Shown here one piece after another: positions 24,710 through 33,000 of a stretch of 33,000 nt of DNA (positions are counted from its first letter, which is position 1; each line of letters starts with the position of its first letter). The stretch is from Fimbriosthenelais zetlandica (Eukaryota), in NCBI GenBank assembly GCA_977030845.1, contig OZ365112.1, positions 21,607,001 to 21,640,000 of the forward strand. Direction: 5' to 3'. Below the pieces are notes generated by a model, which saw only the letters and a list, made by a program, of their open reading frames with translations, searched no databases and was not told the DNA's origin. The position numbers were made by a program, and so were the translations under genes.

Positions 24710-25509
24710 GACGTTCCTCAATAGTGTTCTTAATTTAGTCATGAATAAGGTGCAGTACATTAATTCACAAATATGTGTCTGTAGATTAATACGCGAAGTG
24801 CTTCCAATAAGGACAAATTCTTAAGCAGCCATCATTTTCCTGGACATTGCTAGGCTTTAAGCCCCTAATCACTTTAATTCATTTGCCAGAACTAGGCATA
24901 ATACAATTGCTCTTATACCTGGCGCCAGTCCTGCATATGTCAGTCACCTCAGCGGTGAATGGACACTGGAGTGTAAGTAATGGATAAACTGATTACGTGC
25001 TCACTAAAGTCAATGATCTTGAGTCAATGAGCTTATGAACGTGTAATAAGGGTATAATATCATTCCCACAAAATGTTTCTTATCTTACAGAGCTATGTGC
25101 TCCTGATATTGGTTAAGTTCTCCATAAGCGGTTTTTCTTTTGGAGCAGAGCAGATCTGGCCAAAGTATGTATGTCTAGGTCGTACTGAAGCTTTTTTATG
25201 TTCACCATAAGCTCCGGACCTACAGCATCTTTCACACCCAATCCACTCTATGGCAGCCCCTCATGCCTACCCACCGAACTATATACATCTTTTATTAAGT
25301 AGCAATAGCTGACTGTCTGTCATCTTGAGTCAGACAGATCACCCATTTTCCTGTCAGTGCTCCTCTCAATGACTTCCCATATCTCCTGGCATATATGTCT
25401 GGGCATTAAATGTAATGTCCATTCAGTGGGTTGAGGAATAAGCCTGGTTTGGGCCTTATTCTATATTCAAAGGCACTTCAAACTGTGCGAATGAAGCCAT
25501 ACTCTAAAA

Positions 25510-25940
25510 CCTAGTACTTTAATCTCTTTTCAATGATTGTAATATTCGCCTCCGTTTGGTTGTAAATTGGACTTCAATGCATTTGAATTTCTTTGTCACT
25601 GGTGTCAGTGTATATTTGGAGTAAATCACGTAGCATACATCGCTTATGTTGTTGAAGACCTGGGTTTTCCTTTTTTCAAAGCACTCCAAACAGTTTACTG
25701 ATGGCAATTACATCAGGAAAGCGCACCTTACAAATCCTCGGGAGAGAATAATACATTAGGGAAGTTCTTAGTTGGCAGTGTCTATTCCTTTCTAAAAAGG
25801 CTATTTTGGGACATGTTGTGATCACATGTGAAACCTGTTCAGCATTATTACATGGGTGTCTCAGGTTTGGACATAAGATATGCAATCTGGTTTTGGGGTA
25901 AAAAACACATTTTCTGCCTCGCATCATGTTCCGCACTCTG
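25510..25940 (-). mobile_element. C-terminal fragment of a restriction-like-endonuclease (R4/NeSL/CRE-type) non-LTR retrotransposon, degenerate
   Basis: EQVSHVITTCPKIAFLERNRH (~ET..HI.S.C..LA..Y..RH; HVITTCPK at 25805-25828), RFPDVIAI (25700-25723, ~RPDIV) and EANITIIEKRLKY (25514-25552, ~DxNxxxKExEKxxKY). Order is correct; spacing is imperfect. Confidence 0.45.
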
Positions 25941-26229
25941 TCATTTATGACAGCGTGTCATTTTTCAACCAGAAAAGTGGATTCAAATCATTCCGCGCCT
26001 CTATATTTGTGTGAGCTGTTAGCTGTAGGAGCCATTTCTCTGCCATTCATGATGTATCTGTCATGTGAATTCATTGCGATATCGATATCATAGCCTGAAG
26101 AGTTGAAGCAATTTCCACGGTTTGATATTGGATGTTTACTTGTAAGATGTAATTCTCTGATAGAATAGAAATTCATTTCAGATGATAAGTGACGTATTTC
26201 TTATGACAATAAACATTTAATATATGAAG

Positions 26230-27192
26230 AAAGTTCTTATTGGCAAGGTTTAAACAGTTTTTTATGCCAAGAAATGACTAACTATTTAATCATATTGATG
26301 TTGGATGCTTGAAAAAAAGAGTAAAAATTAGTAGTAAAAAGAAAAGCATTGATACTTGAGAAATTATTTTTAGATACAAAGTTCTTATTGGCAAGTATAT
26401 TGAAACAATTATTTCTTATTAAGTCTCTGCGCAAAAAGTTATAAGATGGTGCTCCAGTGTCCATATATATAGAAGATACAGTGTCCAAATGATTAGATCT
26501 ATTATGAACTACTCATAACCACTTGTTTCTGCCCATTGCCTTTGTCCTCCCTCCCTCTCTCCCGTTGTCCCATCTGAAACATTATGTACCAGAAGAAGGT
26601 CATTTCCATAGGGAAAACTGTCAATGTTAAGTCAATACTAGGTCTGAACTTCTCACTTCTAATATGAACGGAGTAAAGCAGTCCTGCCACTATTATTCTT
26701 GAAGCATTATATAATTTAACGATATGCTCATGAACCGAAACTCCACTAACCCAACCAGCCCTTCCACTATTATTCTTGACGCATTTCTGTGTCGAGCAGA
26801 TCTGGATCATTGCCTTCTGGCTACTAGGTAATGATATGCTCACATCTGCTCATTTGTCATTAGAGCTGTTATGAACTGCTCATTACCCTTCCATTTTATG
26901 TCCATTGTCTTTGCCTTTCGCTACCCTTACACTTAAAACTAATGGACCAATGTGTACATACAAAAATGACTACCTATTTTTTAACCGAAACTCCAATCAA
27001 TCAAGTTAATTTGTGCCTTCATGCCACAACTTTCTAAACTGTACACGCCTACTTAGATGTCTTAAGACATATTTTGAATGGCTCATGACAACTCTGAAAC
27101 CTGCTTCTATCATGTTTGAAGCATTTCTGTTTCTCTACATCCTGGATACTTGGCTTCTGGCTACTAGGTCACGATGTGCTCACGTCTGCTCA
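26230..27192. repeat. Mosaic of degenerate dispersed direct repeats
   Basis: aaagttcttattggcaag at 26230-26247 and 26378-26395. aaccgaaactcca at 26733 and 26983. A ~95-bp unit (..gcatttctgt..cttctggctactaggt..gat.tgctcac.tctgctca) at about 26758-26852 and 27099-27192, with a shortened third copy at about 26680-26730. atgaact.ctcat.acc at about 26504 and 26870. Confidence 0.75.
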
Positions 27193-28649
27193 GAACTGAG
27201 TACATAGAAGACAATTAAGCTTTAAGAAGCACTGCTTCTTTATAGGGACTAAAGCTTTTGTTTGGGCGTAGCCAAGACGCTACAGAAGCTAATTATAAAG
27301 ATCCTGTAACAGATTTTTGCTGGAGCTTGATTTATTATTCGCATGTCCACTAACTGTGAGTCATCTGTGACGTCCGGGAATTGAGTATAATATCATTAGA
27401 GGATCAGAGATGGAGAGAGGGAGGTAGATATAGAGGACAAAGAGGGAGGAAAATCAAGGTTGTCCTAACAAGATGTCTGTACTTGTTATAGTGAGAGAGA
27501 TTGACTTCTAGTGTGAGTATTGTCAGAAGTGGGAATAACAGAATGTCAGGAATATAGATGAAGAGAAGTTGGAAAAAGAAAGGAGACTCCCTACTGTGGC
27601 TGAGTACAAAGAATGGCGAGAATTTAGGTGAATGAGACAAGAAAAAAGAGTGGGAAACCTACGCATTCGCTCGGTGCTTCATAATGCCTTTGCTTGGTCA
27701 CTTGGAAGCCCAACTTCAGTTGAGAGCACTGAAGGCGAGCATTTGAGAATTGACTAATGGGAATCTTCAGTACCGCTATATATAGGTCAACATGCTGGGT
27801 GTAATTGTGCCTATTGAAAGCGTTACAGTAGAAGAGAGGTTTTACATAGCAGTCTGTAGCTTGTGATGGGCGATACCTTTTTAATCCTACCGTCATATTT
27901 CAGCCATTATATAAATTATGATCATGACGATATCCTGACTCAATGTCAGAAAAGAACAATGAAAATGCATCCACCCGACCTGTACCAAATTGTGATACAG
28001 TTGGTGGAAAGAAATATGGTTAACAAAGGACAGTAAGCATTGTGGAAAAATAAAACCTTTTTCTTCTGAGCTGCGATTCACAAAACCCTGTTTTTTTTTA
28101 CATTTACTAATGCACCATCTGCAGCATCATTAAAAAGAGGCTTTCAATGAATCCTTCTGCCTGCGATGAATGCAAGTCATTCTGATTATTCACAGGTTGA
28201 AACGCCAAATCTTAAAGACGTTATTTACCTATAGGCCTATGGACGTACTCCACGTACTTTGAATGAGGCCATGATAAAACCTACAAAATGTTTTGACAAT
28301 TGTATTTCTTTTATGATCTCCACACCTTCATTAGTCTGGCCTCATTCGACGGTGAAGTTAAGTTTCCTGTCGAAAGTAACTAATGTAAATACTTTAGTCT
28401 ACATAATACCTGGTTATTATTATTATTTTCTGTGTAGTATAAGTCTTTATCTTCCTGCTTTGATTTCCTTTAGGATCATAAACAAATAAGAGGCTTTTCC
28501 TCCATCGACTATTACCTATACCTTGACTTCCTGTTATCTTATGTTCACTGTTCATATTTGGACATTAGCCTTTGATGTGTATGTATACACAGTCTTATAG
28601 ATTTCGTAAACAGGACTATATAGGTATAGATCTATTCTGTCCCTTTGAT

Positions 28650-29060
28650 GCCAGGTTATTCAAACGTCAGTACCTGAGGTTTAGACTTTGAACTACAATG
28701 TTCATCTATTCGATCAGGGCTGAGTCTGGAATATTTGGAAAGACAAGCCTGTGAGGAGGTCTCGTATCACCTGCTGACTTCCAGTTCTGATGTGTTCTGG
28801 TCTGTTCTTAACATTTAAGACAGTTTCACACAGAATAGCCAAGTGCTGCTGTATGTTCAAAAATGTACCCCCCAGAAGAACAAGTGAGAAGTTCTAAAAC
28901 ATTCTTTTGAAAGTATCTACCAAAATAGTCTCATCGATGTTGCGAATGTTTTGCGACTTACATTCAGGTTTTCTATTATGGTCATCACTCTGCTACACAC
29001 TTGGTTTCAATATTGTTGCTTCATTGTGGTATAACCTGAGAAGCTGATACAACTGTTTTT
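28650..29060 (-). mobile_element. Ty3/Gypsy reverse transcriptase fragment, degenerate and internally deleted
   Basis: LYQLLRL (29032-29052), RNIDETILV (28918-28944, ~RNISDDILV), KECFRTSHLFFWGYIF (about 28859-28910, ~KCxF...FxGxIF). Confidence 0.35.
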
Positions 29061-29949
29061 TTTCAACATTGGTGCACATAATGACTGATCCAATTCATAA
29101 AACTGCCCTAGTCCCTCAAAATAAAGTTTAATCGCAAGTCAACAGCTTTAGGACTTCTGCATATTGTTGTAATACGTTCTTAAAGCAAAGAACACAAAGC
29201 CTCCCATAAAATAATCAGTCAGCCTGAGGATAAAAATAAAGCTTGGGGTTCCTAAAGCTAGCAGCTCCTCTGCTGAAGTAGGTGTGTGCCTATTGTCCAG
29301 ACGGGTGGTATGGCATACCAGAGACAACCACAGACAGTGGAATAGGTAGGACAACAGTGGAAGTGGATTGCCTGGTCGACTGCTGGCACCAAGCATGGTT
29401 TTGTTTTGATGGACCCAGCTGATGGAATGGGGAGACTATTTACTTTGGCTCTCCTCTTTACAGTAGCAATCACAGAGGGCTGGGTAAAGGATTTTTCAGG
29501 GCTAGCCAGTAGAGTATGATGAGGCCTCAGTGGTCACCAGTCTGTCAGCTGAGGTCATTGTTGGGAAAAAGGGGTGTGAAACTTGAAACCCGTCGGTAGG
29601 TCTCAAATGATTATCAAGATACAAGGAAATAAATTTGAGATATTATGAGCGACAAACGGGCGATAATGATTTTAAAATGATTTTGTGCTTTTTCTAAAGT
29701 AGTTCACTTTGTTTCTGTACATTTCTGGCCTCACCATTATGGAAGTTTATCTGGGCATTATTGGTTTGGTGTAGGCATTGATGTCCACTAGGCCTGTACA
29801 TATGAATTCGTGTAGTGTGTTTCAGTTCGGATGTGTCGGGGTGTGTATGTGTGAGTGTGTGAGATGGAGCAGAAGGGAGGTGGTCAGGATTCATCTATGT
29901 CCCTGCTAATAAGTGTGACCTGTCAGACTTGATCAATGTCTCCGCTCTG

Positions 29950-30420
29950 ACCTTGGGCTCACCTTGGCACCCACTCTATGGCCTCTTTCAGTGCTTAATC
30001 TTCGGGTAGCTGAAACACTCAGCACGCCATGATCAACTCAGTATGGACCTTGGTATAGTTCAAAGAAGCCTCAATAACTAACTCAGATTGATATCCAGTC
30101 AGCATTTCTGGATTATCACCATTATGATTAATCTTGTGAGAGTATAGAGCTATCTTTCCAAAACCATCTGGACCAATCAGATCATTGATTTTGTATTACG
30201 TGTACTCTCTATAATTATACATAGAACTATGGAATATGATATGTTGGTAGTAAAAGAAAGAATTATGTCCTCGTATAATTATTGATTGGTACTGCTTATT
30301 CTGTCATTTTGTAATTTGGCTCTATGGACAGGAAAGATATAGGCCTGTAATATTTGCAATATGTTAATTGCGTTATGAATGTGCTAAAATTCTTGAAATG
30401 ATCAGGCCCGTCTTTTTCCA
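29950..30420 (-). mobile_element. Non-LTR (LINE) reverse transcriptase fragment, degenerate
   Basis: DGPDHF (about 30400, ~PGPDG), YRPISFLS (30326-30349, ~NYRPISLL), NDLIGPDGFGK (about 30170, ~QxGFR), VDHGVL (30020-30037, ~DxxKAFDxVDH) and a partial SGVPQG-like stretch (about 29965). Confidence 0.6.
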
Positions 30421-33000
30421 CCTGAGACCTGTCGGTCAATGACCCTTATATATCTATATTATATTTCATAAATCCAGCTCATGCTGATTTAATACTTCAT
30501 ATCGAATCCTTCTCCCCTGAGAGGCTTTTCAATATGACGTTCTATGGGCCTAATGTGACAGACAATTGATGGGCCTAAATATTCCACAACCCACAGTCAT
30601 GTCCACTGCCCCAAACCCTTAAATATCCAGGAAATGTTGTATTCCAGTATTATTACTGCAGCTGTCTCAGACTTTTCTGGGGTCCAATGCAATCACCCTG
30701 CTCAAGCCCCCATGTCCACTGAGGCATTTTCTTGATGCACGTCAGTCAGCCCGTCAAATGCGTGTCGGCAAGTGACGAGTCTGTCTGACATACGTCAAAA
30801 ACGGCTCAGTGGACACGGGCTACGGGCGACACAGCTTGATCACCTCTGTCGCCTGTTCAGATCAAGTCACTCGGTGAAGTAACTGTATTAATCCAATATA
30901 GTTAAGCAACACCTCATACTACCCACTTTAAGACACACCTTATTTAATGATGAGTTCGACCAGTGTAAGACCAAGATATTATATACTGCCTGCTTTTCAT
31001 CATCACACCCATAAGTACATGCCTTCAAAACTGATGCCAACAAATCGTGTAAAAATAACTACAATGACAACTCCTCCTGCCATTGCTTTCAGTGCTGCTT
31101 TATTTTCTTCAGAAACTGCCCATTAATCCATCAAAAGCTGTGTAAAGACATCTTCATGTGTGACTGAACTCTAATGGAATATGATCATAAGGCGTGTGAT
31201 ATTATACAAAAAGAGACCTCGCTAACGTCTCCTGTTCAATGCAGTTCGTCGGTGGGGAAGGTTTCCATCTGAAAGCGACCACCTTGATATGTCTTCTGAC
31301 TAAAGAGTCCTGTTGCTTTGATCTGTACTGGAGCAGCCTTTTAATTACGATTTTGCTATCTACTTTAATTATAGGCTGATGATGCAGATATATAGTTCCA
31401 GCTATTTTCATCTGTAAATAATGTTGGGAAAATGAAATTTATGTTTACCTCATTAGTAACTGCTAGAAATCTGTTCACTGTTAAGGTCTAACTTATTCCC
31501 ATGAAGGTCAAAATATAGGTCTGTATTATTCTGTAATTGGGAAAGTACGTGGTGAGAATGTTTCCACCGAGACTAGTAATATATTTACTGAATTAGATGA
31601 AAGGAGTTGTATGTTGCATATTGGTGCAATATCATATTAGCTACTGCCTCATGTTTAATTTTGTACATACCAGGCGTCTGTATATCTCTTTATTTAAACG
31701 CGTGCAGCCAAGGCGATGTAATCAAATTAGCCGACCATGAAATAGACTTTTTATACTTTGCCAACCAGTGCCTAGTGATGTAATGACGCCTGTCATTATC
31801 CTCTACTATATATTTTTTCTCCCCCTCGCACATTGGTCTATATCCCCCGGCTAGATAGATAGGAACGTGCAGTCATGTATGGGTTAGGCCTATTCATGAA
31901 ATATCAGGTTCTATTGTCTTTGTTTATTTTCATACAATTCCATAAATATATAACATATTGCTTGACTGCCTTATTCCCAAATAACCTGCATAGCAAGACA
32001 ATAGTTTCCCTAATTAATTGACAGCCAATTTCGGTTACAAAATTTGATTCAAAGGCATAAGATGCCTGAGATGGAAATAACAGGGCATATAGGTTCAGTT
32101 CGGGGGATGGTTATGCATCCTGAATATTGCATACAGAAGATTGTCATTCAACATCTGGACCATGCATGTCCATAATAAGGTGTCTAAATTGAGGCAATCA
32201 GGTTGCATTGCCCTCGGCAATCCTACGGGATTACTTCTACCCATACTTACCAATGCTGTTAAAGGCCGTCCGGTCACCTCCCGAAAGGAGTGGATCACCT
32301 CAATTAAGACACCCCCATTCATCAAGGACTTTGGTGCATTTTAGTAGTATCAAATTCACCAGTTGGATACTCTTCCCGATTGGAATTGATCTGTCCTTTG
32401 ATTTTCTACTACGTGACTAGCATTCTCAGCTTCATTCATTTAATTCTTGGACCCAAGTTCCATTTTATTCAGTAAATCAGCCGTGGATAACCACGTACAG
32501 TCGTCAATGGGTTAGGTAGCCCTCTGGGGACGAATACATCTACAATCTGGGTATATTTATATACATTGCCACAACACTTGGCCAGCATTGACAAACTATT
32601 GAAGCGAGCACTACTGTAAGTGCTCGGATCAGGCCGAGCGACTCACTGCATAAAATCTGCAATAACCGAGAGCTCACCAAACCCTCTGATCAGTGATTGA
32701 TATCTATATCGAGTATACACTTAAAGCTTTGTCACCGCAGAACACCCCGAAAGCATTGAACCTATTTTGGGCAGAGTGGGGCCTAAGGGGGAATCGATGC
32801 AAGTCCTTCACTCAGGGTTGGACTTGTCTGTCTATTCAAGAGGCCTTCAGTCTGGGACAATAGGTACCCGATCTGGGGAAGCCATGGTTGCCCGTGGACG
32901 CTACCACCTCTCTTGACAGGCTCCAATTTTGTCTTTGCTTTGGAAACAGCAATGGCAGCGAATATATCGGACACCCTACTGACAGCCCGTGCAAATATAA

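Noticed and set aside
27545-28036. 164-codon plus frame with 4 internal stops
   Set aside because: Stop density is not convincingly below chance and no motif was recognised.
29258-29473. Minus ORF resembling a tyrosine-recombinase segment, and plus-strand VEVDCLVD (29357-29380) resembling a retropepsin
   Set aside because: Two conflicting weak matches on opposite strands; no catalytic motif set for either.
1-33000. CRISPR arrays, rRNA/tRNA genes, prokaryotic operons
   Set aside because: None seen. The sequence is eukaryotic in character and the only regular repeats are microsatellites and short duplications.

Overview
Eukaryotic (animal, probably marine invertebrate or lophotrochozoan) genomic DNA, AT-rich and mostly non-coding. 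The only intact gene is a single-exon-CDS class A GPCR of the FMRFamide/peptide-receptor-like type (11779-12921, minus strand). The main surprise is about 2.7-9.25 kb on the minus strand. Read across frameshifts and stops, it carries degenerate versions of the Mononegavirales L-protein motifs (RdRp A-D, capping/PRNTase, methyltransferase) in the correct order and at roughly the expected spacing. I interpret this as a near-full-length, heavily decayed endogenous viral element of a negative-strand RNA virus polymerase. Around it are decayed Ty3/Gypsy pol fragments and non-LTR retrotransposon fragments, almost all on the minus strand, plus microsatellites and small duplications. All relic assignments are by-eye motif matches across several frames and need HMM or BLAST confirmation. 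Most short ORFs in the supplied track are shadows or chance ORFs.
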